From assembly GCA_951406725.2 (NCBI GenBank), contig OX597819.1, forward strand, positions 34,100,001 to 34,164,000: a stretch of 64,000 nt of DNA, in the 5' to 3' direction. Positions 51,659 to 64,000 of this stretch are shown piece by piece; position 1 is the stretch's first letter; every line of letters starts with the position of its first letter. A program made the position numbers and the translations under genes. The DNA comes from Octopus vulgaris (Eukaryota). A model generated the notes under the pieces. The model was not told where the DNA came from, searched no databases, and saw only the letters and a program-made list of their open reading frames with translations.

Positions 51659-52058
51659 GGATGGTCATTTCTTTTTGTCAAATAGACACATGCACTGTAT
51701 ATTTGTTTTTCACATGTTTATCATTCTTATTTTATGTCTATTGCCTGAGAATCTTTCATCACACACTTATGACCTTTTCAGCAACTCTGCATCCCATGTG
51801 TTTCCTCATGTCTTGTTTAGTCCATTCTATTTTAATAGGAACTAAAATGTCACACAATTCCCTTCATTGTAGGTAAGCCACTAATAGCATGGGCTAAACA
51901 AAACAGAACAGGAAACACATGGGATGAAGAGTCACTGAAGAGGTCACAGGTGTGTGACAAAAGATTTCAAGACAACAGACATAAAATAAGAATAATAAAC
52001 AAGTGAAGAACAAATATATATAGTGTGTGTGTTTATTTTGAAAAAAAAAAGGCCATCC
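51659..52058. repeat. Diverged fold-back inverted repeat, ~173-bp arms
   Basis: Arms 51659-51831 and 51883-52058. Confidence 0.88.
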
Positions 52059-52632
52059 TGAACAATAACAATATTTGTTTCAACATACGGTTTCACATTA
52101 GGAATCTTACAGAACAAATACATAAGCATAAAAATTATAATTACCATTATAATGAAATTATATTTTAATAAAATTTATTATAGAAGACTATGTGTTAAAC
52201 TTGATGATAGTGATAATTGTGCTAATGAAGATGATGATGATTAGAACAATGATGACAATGATGATGATGATGGCAACAGAGACGATGATTGTAAAATAAA
52301 GAAAATATTGAAATTATACTGTTTAGTCTTGTAATTTATTTTTATAAAAAATATGAAATATGTTGTTGTGTCTTGAGAGAATTATTACACCAATGATAAC
52401 CTTTTCTAATGAAGGCACAAGGTCTGAAATTTGTGGGGACGGAACTAGTCAATTACAACAACCCCAGTGTTTCATTGGTACTTAATTTATTGACTCCACA
52501 AAAGGCAAAGTTGACTTTGGCAGAATTTGAACTCAGAACATAGCGATGGGTGAAATACTGTTAAGCATTTCATCCATGATGCTAAAAATTCTGCCAGCTC
52601 GACACCATTATCACACCAGCAATAGTAATAAA

Positions 52633-52681
<49 letters not shown>

Positions 52682-53317
52682 AGTTCAATTCACTGAACAG
52701 CAACAAAAGAATTTTGTCTAACAAACAACCAATTGATAGTTTAACCAGCGCATTGAGCAAAAGATCAATTAGTTAACTAACAATAAAGAAGTGGAATTAA
52801 ACCTGCATGTGTGTTGTATTATTATTATTGGTGTGATGACCTTCCCATTCCACAATTTGTTTCAACACATGAACTTGCATCAAGAATTTTGCAAACCAAA
52901 TACAAAAACAAAACGAAATATGTTAATATTTATATGTAAATTAAGATGTCACTACACAGAGAACTACTGCTGAATACACTAACATGGGTACTCCTGACCT
53001 ATACCTACAGGTGTGTGTATATATGTGGATGAGGTGGGAGTAAGACAGAATTGAAACATAATGTTATGTGTATGATTACAATTTTTTGCCCCAGTGTGCC
53101 TCCATAGTTAAAACAGTTCCGTTCAACTAATGATATTTATCAATCCAGCTTCTTGCCCTCCATAGTTTTACCCCACCACCATCACCACCTCAAATAACAG
53201 TTTATAACTTTGAAAGTTTTTGAGTCAATATAAAAATGTTATTGCAATCATTTACTATGCATATATATATATACACACACACACACATAAATACCCACAT
53301 ACACATGTATATATATA

Positions 53318-53725
53318 TGGCTGTGTGGTAAGTAGCTTGCTTACGAACCACCATGGTTCCGGGTTCAGTCCCACTGCATGGCACCTTGGGTAAGTGTCTT
53401 CTACTATAGCCTCGGGCCGACCAAAGCCTTGTGAGTGGATTTGGTAGATGGAAACTGAAAGAAGCCCGTCGTATATATGTATATACATATATGTGTATGT
53501 GCGTGTTTGTGTGTCTGTGTTTGTCCCCCCAACATCGCTTGACAAATGATGCTGGTGTGTTTTACGTCCCCGTAACTTAGTGGATCGGCAAAAAGAGACC
53601 GATAAAATAAGTACTAGGCTTACAAAGAATAAGTCCTGGGGTCGATTTGATTGACTAAAGGCGGTGCTCCAGCATGGCCACAGTCACATGACTGAAACAA
53701 GTAAAAGAGTAAAAGAGTAAGAGTA
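53318..53725 (+). mobile_element. SINE family A (young), followed by (TATG)n to ~54020
   Basis: Family similarity. Confidence 0.9.
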
Positions 53726-54345
53726 TATGTGTGCATGTGTGTGTATGTATGTATGTATGTATGTATGTATGTATGTATGTATGTATGTATGTATGTGTGT
53801 GTGTATGTATGTATGTATGTATGTATGTGTGTGTGTGTATGCATGTATGTATGTATGTATGTATGTATGTATGTATGTATGTATGTATGTATGTATGTAT
53901 GTATGTATGTATGTATGTATGTATGTATGTATGTATGTATGTATGTATGTATGTATGTATGTATGTATGTATGTATGTATGTATGTATGTATGTATGTAT
54001 GTATGTGTGTATGTATGTATGGGAGAAGATAAATGGGTGCGGACAGAAGAATCGAAGTGTCTAGTTACTACTTTCCATGTTTGGTTGAACATATTACAAT
54101 AAATGGCTTGTATTTATTAAATTAATTACAATGCTTAATTAAATTACCAATTATTGAATTATCCATGTATGAATCTGAGATACAGAATTGAGTTGATCAA
54201 AGGTGTTGAGACGCTAATAGTTCATACTGTAGAGTTGTATAAAACCCTTAAGCAATGCACATTTCTTCTGTTTAACTACATCTATTATTGTTCAACTGAA
54301 ATATTTTTGTTTACTACATTTGAAGATTACTCATTTTAATAAAAA

Positions 54346-54388
<43 letters not shown>

Positions 54389-54436
54389 TATAAACACATA
54401 TGTATATATATATATATATATATACACATACATATG

Positions 54437-54472
<36 letters not shown>

Positions 54473-54551
54473 TACATATGCATATATATATAGAGAGAGA
54501 TAGATAAAACTTACTTGAAATTGGATGTGTGGCGTTCCATCATATAATAAT

Positions 54552-54809
<258 letters not shown>

Positions 54810-55321
54810 ACATACACACAGATATATATAGAGAGAGAGATTGATAGATAGATAGATAGATATACATATATATATATATATATATATAAATATACCATTT
54901 ATATATCAATAATATATCATTTATATAAATAATATATATATATGTGTGTATATATATATATATATTTGACATCCTCATCATGAAAAATAAAGTATTACAA
55001 ACACAACTATTACAGACATGTGATAATTTCAATTTAACTCACTATCTGTAAAATGTTAAATATGAATAGTATTTATATAGTTTACTAATATTCAGTATGA
55101 ATAATAACATTAATATTCAGTGGTTCCACACCGAATATTAAAATCTTAAAATTAAGTTTATATTTCCCAGTTATGCATATATTAACTCAATGAAAGTGCA
55201 AGGATTCGGAAGATTTGAATTACTAGTGTTGATATTTTATTATCGAATAAAACAACAATTTCTTTACTATCCTTTTAAATTGATATGCTAATTTCTCAAC
55301 AAACTGGAATTATATATTCAA

Positions 55322-56970
55322 CTAGCAGTATAACCCGGCGTTGCCTGGGATTAAGTTACGATTATTAAGCTAATCAAGTTCTTTATTTCAAACCAAACTA
55401 AGTGATATAGATGTCAAATTTGGGCGAAATCTGTTGAAATTAGTTATATTATATATATATTATATATATTATATATATATGATATAAATATATATGGGCA
55501 ACAGACACGAACACACATACACACACGTACGTACACCTATTGCATGTGGAATCAACTACTCTGGCCTCAAAACCTTTTTTGTGATCCATGAAACGGAGTG
55601 GTGTGTAGTGGAAGCCTCGCAAATTGTACCCATTGTGTAATTCCCTGAGAAATTGTAACTTACCTCTTTGTTTCTTTGTTGTTAAATAAATGGATTGTCA
55701 GCAAAACACTTTTTTACTTGGCGTAAAATAAAAACAAAACTCTTTCGCACCCAAAGTAATGTGTGTGTGAGAGAGAGAGGGGGGGAGAAAGATGAACGAT
55801 TTAAAATAAATTAATGATTTAAAATAAATATATTGTAATTCGTTTTTGGATTTGGTTTGCAAGATTCTTTATATGAGTTCGTGTGTTGAAGCATATTCTG
55901 TTGTGTCTGGGGAGAGTCATTTTCTTTTTGTGCCTTATTATTTAACACATTCACTTATTTCTTATTTTTATTTTCCTAAAATTTTCGTTGCGTGTTGCAA
56001 CCTTTTCAATAGTTTTGACTCTGTCCGTTATTTACACTGCGTTCCCTTTTGTTTGTTTGTGCACATGTGTGTGGGTCAGTGTGTGTGTGTGCCTATACAT
56101 GAACGCATGTACGTATGTATGTGTGTGTGTGTGTTTGCATCTGTTTGTATATATGTGTGTGTGTATGCATATTTATATATGTATGTGTGTGAGAGCATGT
56201 TTGTATATATATATATATGCACCTCTGTCTCCTTGTGTGTGTGCATATCTGTGTGTGTGTGTTATGTAACTCTGTACCATGTTTGTATGTATGGATGTGC
56301 ATCTTTATATGTGTGGATCTGTGTCTGCATATGTGTCTGTTCATATAGTCAATATACCTATCCGTCTGTATATTGATCTGTTTATTTACATATCTAACAT
56401 ACAAACACATCCAAACACACACACACACACATACATACGTGCATGCATGCATGTATAGGCACACATACACACACTGACCCACACACATGCACACAAACAA
56501 AAGGGAACGCAGTATATTGTAATTGTTGTGTGAGAAAGTATATATACAATGATTATAAAATATAGTGTCTTTCAAAAACAAAAAACAAAACATTTTACAT
56601 TTTATTTTTTATGAACGTCATCACTTACTCTCTTTCTCTCTCCCTCTCTCACTTTGTCTTTCCCGTGAAACTCTCTGCCTCCTTCTTCCATTTTTCTTTA
56701 TCTTATTTTTTTTGTTAGACACTGTCAAAAATAATGGCTGATATTTTCTATGGCTAAAAGCTATGGTTCAAAATAGAATTTTACCGCTATCCGTGGGTGC
56801 CTCAGGAAAAAATAAGTTGACAAAACCCAGAGAGGATGTTGACGAATGTCCTCCTAAAATTTGAGCGACATGCGTGCTAATTTGTGGATGTGCATAAATT
56901 ACAATCACGTACATACACACACAAACACACACACACACATGCACACACACCATGCCTTTTATAGATATGA
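55322..56970 (-). mobile_element. Non-autonomous Helitron
   Basis: Minus-strand 3' end CCCAGGCAACGCCGGG hairpin + 8 nt + CTAG|T; candidate 5' end A|TCATATCTATAAAA at 56970 is less certain. Confidence 0.65.
56036..56513. repeat. Inverted repeat with ~95-bp arms, inside the Helitron
   Basis: ACTGCGTTCCCTTTTGTTTG... pairs with ...CAAACAAAAGGGAACGCAGT. Confidence 0.85.
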
Positions 56971-57537
56971 TTATTATTCACCTCAGAGATTCCTAGGTAA
57001 GAAAAACATCTTGATTGTGACCACTTGTAGGAGAGTAGGTTATTTACCTCAACATAATTCACTGTTCAATGATGAGATTAAGTGGTGTTCATACCCTAAA
57101 CAGTAAAATGGGCCTAACTGCTGTTCTAATAATTTACATTCAACAGAAAAATATACTGTTGTAAAAACTACTGCTTCAATATTTCATATAAATGTCATCA
57201 TCATCATCATCATCACCATCATCATCACCATCATCATCATCATCACCATTTAATGTCTGGTGTCCATGCTAGTATGGGTTGGATAGTGTGACCAGACCTG
57301 GCAAACTAGGGGCCTGCACCAGACAGCAGTCTGATTTACTATGGGTTCTGTGGCTGGATGCCTTCCTAACGCCAACCACTTTACAGAGTGTGCTGAACAC
57401 TTTTATGTGGCACCACATGGGTGCACTTACATGGCTGCTTTCATGTGTCACTGCTCAGGCACATTTATGCTTCGATGCACAGATGCTTTTATGGGTTGCT
57501 GCACAGGTACTTTTACATGACACCTCACAAATGCTTT

Positions 57538-57605
<68 letters not shown>

Positions 57606-58977
57606 TGTATGTATGTATGTATGTATTGATGGATGGATGGATGGATGGATGGATGGATGGATGTGTGTGTTTGTGTGTGTGTGTATGCATGTGTGTGTGT
57701 GTGTGTGCGTGTGTGTGATCTGATATCTGATAGCAGGTGTGTAATTCAAAATACAAACAATAATAAACCATAAAATGAATTTTTAGCTTTGCAAATGAAT
57801 CACTAAGATGGAAAATAATGTTTATTTTTGTATACTTCCACTTTATTTATATTTGATAAGTTTTCTCCTACTTTTTAAATTGCTAAGTCTTCGATTGGAT
57901 CTTCACAATGACACTATTAAGACTTCAAAATTATATTACCAATAATATAAACTACTTCAAATACTATTTTAACAAGTTTAAAGTGGTTTCTTTTGTGCCA
58001 TAAACCATTTACCATTTCTGTGGTTCCCCCACATCTTTTGATGCCCTAAGCACATGCTTATTTTGCTTAATGATTAATCCACCACTGGGTGAGTGAGAGT
58101 AGCTGGGAAGAAGATAAGATGGTAGTGATGGCCCACCAGAGCAAACCTATAAGGTACAAGAAGAGACAATATGAACAGTGGATTCCGCCGAGGTTGACTT
58201 TGCCTTTCATCCTTTCAGGGTCGATAAATTCAGTACCAGTTGCATACTGGTGTCAATCTAATTGACTGCCCACCCCCAAAAATTTCGGGCCTTGTGCCTA
58301 GAGTAGAAAAGGATATGAATAGTGGATTGGAAGGTGGAGGGAGGGTAGTTTCATTGAGGGTGAGGAGAGAGAGTGACAGATGGTTGGAGAGGTGGGGAGA
58401 GATGAATATAACAAAGGTGGAGGTGTTGTTAATAGGAATTGCCGGTATGGTGAGGGAGTGTGTGGGAAATCAAAAGCAATCACCATGTAGAGGCTAACAT
58501 AGAACATATGCAAAGACTAATACAATTCTTTCTCATCGTTAATTAAAACTGAATTAAAAGTATTCTTTTTAATGATTTAAGAAAATAAATGTAAAACAAA
58601 GAATTCTTCAACAAAGATGTGAAAACTGTATAAATAGAAAATGAAATAAAATCTTTGATGCTTTTTGAACATCTCTTCCATTTTTGTCTAATTTCTACAA
58701 AATATAATTCATTCTCTCTCACTTTTATGTGTCATCATTGATTTATGTCCCCTTTTCCACGCAGTTATGAGTCAGATGGGATTTAATGAGGCAAATATTC
58801 TACAGCTGGATGCCCTTCCTGTCACCAACCTTCATCTGTTTCTAAGTAAGGTCACATTTCCTTGTGGCTAGACATGTTTCCATGAGAAGATTGGAAACAG
58901 AGGACATGGCTTCCATAAGGGTGACACTCATTTACAACTATCACACAATGTCAAGACAATGAGACAGTAACACACAA

Positions 58978-58993
58978 AGATAGACAGACAGAC

Positions 58994-59084
<91 letters not shown>

Positions 59085-59120
59085 TAGACAGGCAGGCAGG
59101 CAGGCAGGCAGATAGGTAGG

Positions 59121-59182
<62 letters not shown>

Positions 59183-59209
59183 CACAGGCAGGCAGGTAGA
59201 CAGGCAGGC

Positions 59210-59264
<55 letters not shown>

Positions 59265-59413
59265 CTGACAAATAGACAGGTAAAAAGCCAGACAGACAGA
59301 TAAATAGATAGAAAGACAGACAGACAGATAGAAAGACAGAATGATAGAGAGACAGAGATATAGATAGACAGAAAGACTGTTAAGTATGTACATATCTACG
59401 TATCTATCTAGCC

Positions 59414-59500
<87 letters not shown>
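58978..59500. repeat. (GATA/GACA/GGCA)n and (GT)n microsatellites
   Basis: Direct reading. Confidence 0.95.
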
Positions 59501-59505
<5 letters not shown>

Positions 59506-60684
59506 GTCAACTTGCCTTGACAGACAAATGTGCACACACACAAAGAGTTTTTTTCAGTTTCTATCCACCAAATCCACTCCCAAAAGCTTTGGTCACCCTA
59601 GGGCTATAGCAGAAGACACTTACACAGCAAGATCGAGACTGAGATTGTACCTAAAATTATCTGTTTGGAAGGCAAGCTTCTTATCACACAGCCATGCCAG
59701 TGCCTAGACATCTCACAAGACTAATTATTAAATATGCAAATAACAAAAAACGGATGAAGAAGAGAAAGAGGTTAATAATTTAGAAAAAAAAATGAAGTTT
59801 GAAAACATGGGAAGTTTATCAGATAATAGAAATATGTGAAAGCGAATTTCAACAGAAATGTTATTCTCAGGATGTAGGACTGGTTTGTAATGTTTGGTGC
59901 AGCGTTTTGGTTTTGGTAACAGAAACAAAGTTCAGGTAGTGAGAAAGTGAGAGAAGGATTTATCTGTAAACATCCCACGACTAGGTTTAACACTATCTAC
60001 TCAACTTACTCCACAGCCAGTTCTTTTGTGATGTTTATCCTTCCTATATCAGACTTAATACTATTTTCCAAGTTCTTCTTGGTCTATCCACTCTCCCTTA
60101 CACATACATACATACAGAGGTGTACATATCTATTTATGTAGATAAGTATTAAAAAAATAAAAAACAACTATACCCATGAACATCATGGCAATTCTTGTCT
60201 GCTCCCCTCTCAGTCACCAGTGAGTTTCCTGATAATCTATTTTTATTTACTACATTTCACATAAAGTCAGTCTACCTCCTCGATGAAATCAAAATTTAAA
60301 TAATAAAATGAATAAAAGTGGAACCATATTCTTTCCCTATAAAGCAAGTGGATCTGATAAATGCCAGAAAGCAATGTCATATAACATTGATGATATAATA
60401 TTGACTTTGAACAGTCAATAAGAACCTAACGTTAGCAAGTTGTTAAGTGGGCCTCTTAATAACACCTGGATGTTGGGTTATCTTCTCAATGAATTGCAGC
60501 CTCTCCTCTACACCACCTTCACACCTTTACCTTCTCTTTGATGCTACAGCTGTCCACCATAAGACGTTGCAGATATCTGTAGATATACCTCCCTATTTGT
60601 CTTGCCGTTTACTTATAGATCGGCCTTTATAAATAAACATGTGAACAAAACAAAAAAAATTATATCTATCTATCTATCTATCTA

Positions 60685-60751
<67 letters not shown>

Positions 60752-60833
60752 GTATGTATGTGTGTATACATAAATACATACATACATACACACAGTGAAA
60801 GATATATAAAGATATATATATATATATATATAC

Positions 60834-61141
60834 ACTCATAAAATACAGTGCACATTTAAACACATAAGGAATCCACTCGTGGGATTCAACATGCTAGAAA
60901 GAACAGCTAGGTTCTATAACCACGAAGATTTCACCTAGCGAATATTATTTATTTGCTAAACTAAAATCAGAAACCAATTGGTCCACAAAACTAGATGGTA
61001 AAAGATTTTATTTTTTCATTTCATTCCTGTCAGGATTTTATCCCTAATTTTGTGGTTATAGAACCTAGCTGTTCTTTCTAGCATATTGAATCCAATGAGT
61101 GGATTCCGTATGTGTTTAAATGTACACTGTATTTTATGAGT
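60834..61141. repeat. Inverted repeat, 90-bp arms and ~128-bp spacer
   Basis: Arms 60834-60923 and 61052-61141. Confidence 0.9.
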
Positions 61142-61618
61142 AATACATAATCTTTGGACTAAATTTTTACACACTAGGCCACTGGAAGTGAAAATTTCAA
61201 TTAATTTTCATTTCCCTTCAATATGATTATATATATGTATGTATTAGATATTAGATAATATATGAATTATATGCTCACATATACTGGTGAAGTGAACGTT
61301 TGTGCTTGCAAAGGAGGGAAAAGAACTCAATACATAAAATAGAGTTTATATGTATTTGCTAGAAGTTGAAATTTTTTCAATCATCACTCATTCACAGTGC
61401 TGTGGCATGTGTGGGTATGCGTGTGTATCATCATCATCACCATCACCTGTTTTTCCCAATCACCTGTATTTAGGTACAGTTCTCTTGCGTTGCACTTTGG
61501 ACTAGTGTCTTCTATAGCCCTGGGGTCAACCAAAGCCTTGTGAGAGGATTTGGTAAATGGAAACAAAGAAGCCTGTCATATGTATATATGTGTGTTTGTG
61601 TATGTATGTGTGTTGTGT

Positions 61619-61678
<60 letters not shown>

Positions 61679-62354
61679 ATTTTCATTTCTTACTTGGACT
61701 GCAACAATGCTAAGCCCAGTTCTTTGAAGGGTTTAGTCAAACAAATCAACTCCAGAACTTATTCTTTTGTGTTTTTCAAGTCTGATAACTATTTTATTGG
61801 GCTCTTTTGCCAAACCAGTAAGCAATGGGAACATAAACAAACCAACACCACTTGTCAAACACACACACTTATACACTCATACACACATACACATTTGCAT
61901 GTTTATATATATATATATATATGGTGGGCTTCCACACAGTCTCTTATTTCTTTACTGCCCACAAGGGGCTGCACACAGAGGGGACAAACAAGGACAGACA
62001 AACGGATTAAATCAATTACATCGACCCCAGTGCATAACTGGTACTTAATTTATCGACCCCAAAAGTATGAAAGGCAAAGTTGACCTTGGTGGAATTTGAA
62101 CTCAGAACGTGACAGCAGACGAAATACTGCTAAGCATTTCGCCCAGCGTGCTAACGTTTCTGCCAGCTCGCCACACGGTTTCTGTCTACAAGATCTACTC
62201 ACAAAGCATTGGTTGAGCCAGGGGTATAGTAGAAGATGCTTGCCCAAGGTGCCACATAGTGGGACTGAACCCAAAACCGTGTGGCTGCAACGTAAGCTTC
62301 CTAACCATACAGCCATGCCTGCACATATTTGTGTGTGTGTGTGCGCACACAGGC

Positions 62355-62386
<32 letters not shown>

Positions 62387-62654
62387 TGGCCAAGAATCAG
62401 AAGCTGACCAATATCCTATGAATATAATTTAGTGGCTGGAAACTGTGTAGAATCCTGTACATGTCAGTATGTGTACACATCTCTGCAAAAACTGTTGCCA
62501 TCAATCCTGCATTCTGTAACTTAGCAATTCAACAAATAGTGATTGCTAAAATATTTAGCATATTAAAATAAGTACTTGAGCCACTATCATTAACCCTTTT
62601 ACATTCAAATTATTCTGTAATTTTAATGCTTATTTATTCACATTGTTTTTAACA

Positions 62655-62819
62655 GGCGTTGGAGTGGCTGTGTGGTAAGTAGCTTACTTACCAACCACAT
62701 GGTTCTGGGTTCAGTCCTACTGCATGGCACCTTGGACAAGTGTCTTCTTCTAAAGCCTCGGGCTGACCAAAGCCTTGTGAGTGGATTTGGTAGGCGGAAA
62801 CTGAAACAAGCCAGTCATA

Positions 62820-62900
<81 letters not shown>

Positions 62901-63126
62901 ATATGTGTGTGTATATATGTTTGTGTATCTGTGTTTGTCCCCCCAACATCACATGATGATGCTGGTGTGTTTACATCCCTGTAACTTAGTGGTTTGGCAA
63001 AAGAAACCGATAGAATATGTACTAGGCTTACAAAGAATAAGTCCTGGGGCCGATTTGCTTGACTAAAGGCGGTGCTCCAGCATGGCCACAGTCAAATGAC
63101 TGAAACAAGTAAAAGAGTAAAAGAGT
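62655..63126 (+). mobile_element. SINE family A inserted in a piggyBac-type MITE (62590-63293)
   Basis: MITE sequence resumes after the SINE tail; TTAA at both outer ends. Confidence 0.88.
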
Positions 63127-63318
63127 AATAGGTCATGCATTATCTCGTAGCTATGAGATTTTGATAGTGTGATTGCCTATTTTAAAAATAACCTTGTAGG
63201 GTAGATGCGAGAACTCAGATCTGGCCAGTTTGAACATAGGATATGCAGAATATTAGGGCTGGATATGGCTGGTTTAAATGCTGAAAGGGTTAATTAAACC
63301 TGTGAAGGTAATGCTGTG

Positions 63319-63606
63319 AAGGCGCATTGCTCAGTGGTTGGAGTTTTGGGATTACAATCATGAGGTTGTGAGTTCAATTCCCAGACCAGCATGTGTGTTG
63401 TGTTCTTGAGCAAGACACTTTATTTCAGCTGTAGAAATGAGTTGCAGCATCACTGGTGCCAAGCTGTGTTGGTCTTTGCTTTTACCTTGGAAAAAAAACA
63501 TCAGTGGCATGGAGAGCGGAGACTGGAATGCATGGGCGACTGCTGGTCTCACTCAAACAAACTTGTCTGCTCAGGAGGGGTACTTTCTCAGTGCAATCCC
63601 ATGGTG
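63319..63606 (+). mobile_element. tRNA-derived SINE family F, interrupted by CR1
   Basis: tRNA-like head; body matches the reverse complement of 35241-35440; resumes near 63959. Confidence 0.75.
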
Positions 63607-63958
63607 ATCACCGCCACCGTGGTGATCTCATTCTCGCTCATAACATCATAAGCAGAAAGTGTAACCTCTCGAAAGAGCTTTTCTTCACTCCTGCTCCAGA
63701 GCATCGGCTGCGGGGTCATTCCGAAAAGCTCTGTCTGTGACGATTTCATCTCAATCGAAGGAGAGGGGCTTTCTCCGTCCGGGTTGCGGATCCGTGGAAC
63801 AAGCTGCCAGACGAGATGGTGAAGATGCCGACGACCGCTTTGTCTCAAGTGGCCTGAACTCTTTACATGAACACCACCCTGTACATAACTCCATGTCCCC
63901 CTACATGGCCTTGCTTTTTGCTTTTTGAGCCAAAAAATTAACTAACTAACTAACTAAC
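63607..63958 (+). mobile_element. CR1-clade LINE 3' end with (CTAA)n tail
   Basis: HRGDLILAHNII...FF...RLRGHSEKL..RFHLNRRRGAFSVRVADPWNKLP. Confidence 0.9.
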
Positions 63959-64000
63959 ATGACTGACAGGAGTTTTTACTTTACTGAAGGTAGTGCCCTA

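Overview
AT-rich, microsatellite- and repeat-dense eukaryotic DNA with no supportable intact protein-coding gene; the supplied ORFs are microsatellite, SINE or decayed-LINE artefacts. The repeat families look like those of coleoid cephalopods (Octopus); this is my recognition of the repeats, not a database result. The window most likely lies in a very long intron of a minus-strand gene. Content: (1) dozens of tRNA-derived SINEs in several families, labelled A-F here; (2) RTE, CR1 and Penelope-like retroelement fragments; (3) piggyBac, mariner and hAT MITEs and Helitron remnants; (4) an element that always sits in (ATT)n. Most notable signals: a minus-strand CAG|GTAAGT recursive-splice-site/23-nt RS-exon architecture at 19385-19407; a set of fold-back palindromes carrying minimal hammerhead-ribozyme motifs, the best at 29292-29341; same-orientation SINE arrays built into (ATT)n; a SINE/LINE shared 3' tail; and a covarying 3' stem-loop. 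Boundaries of decayed repeats are approximate.
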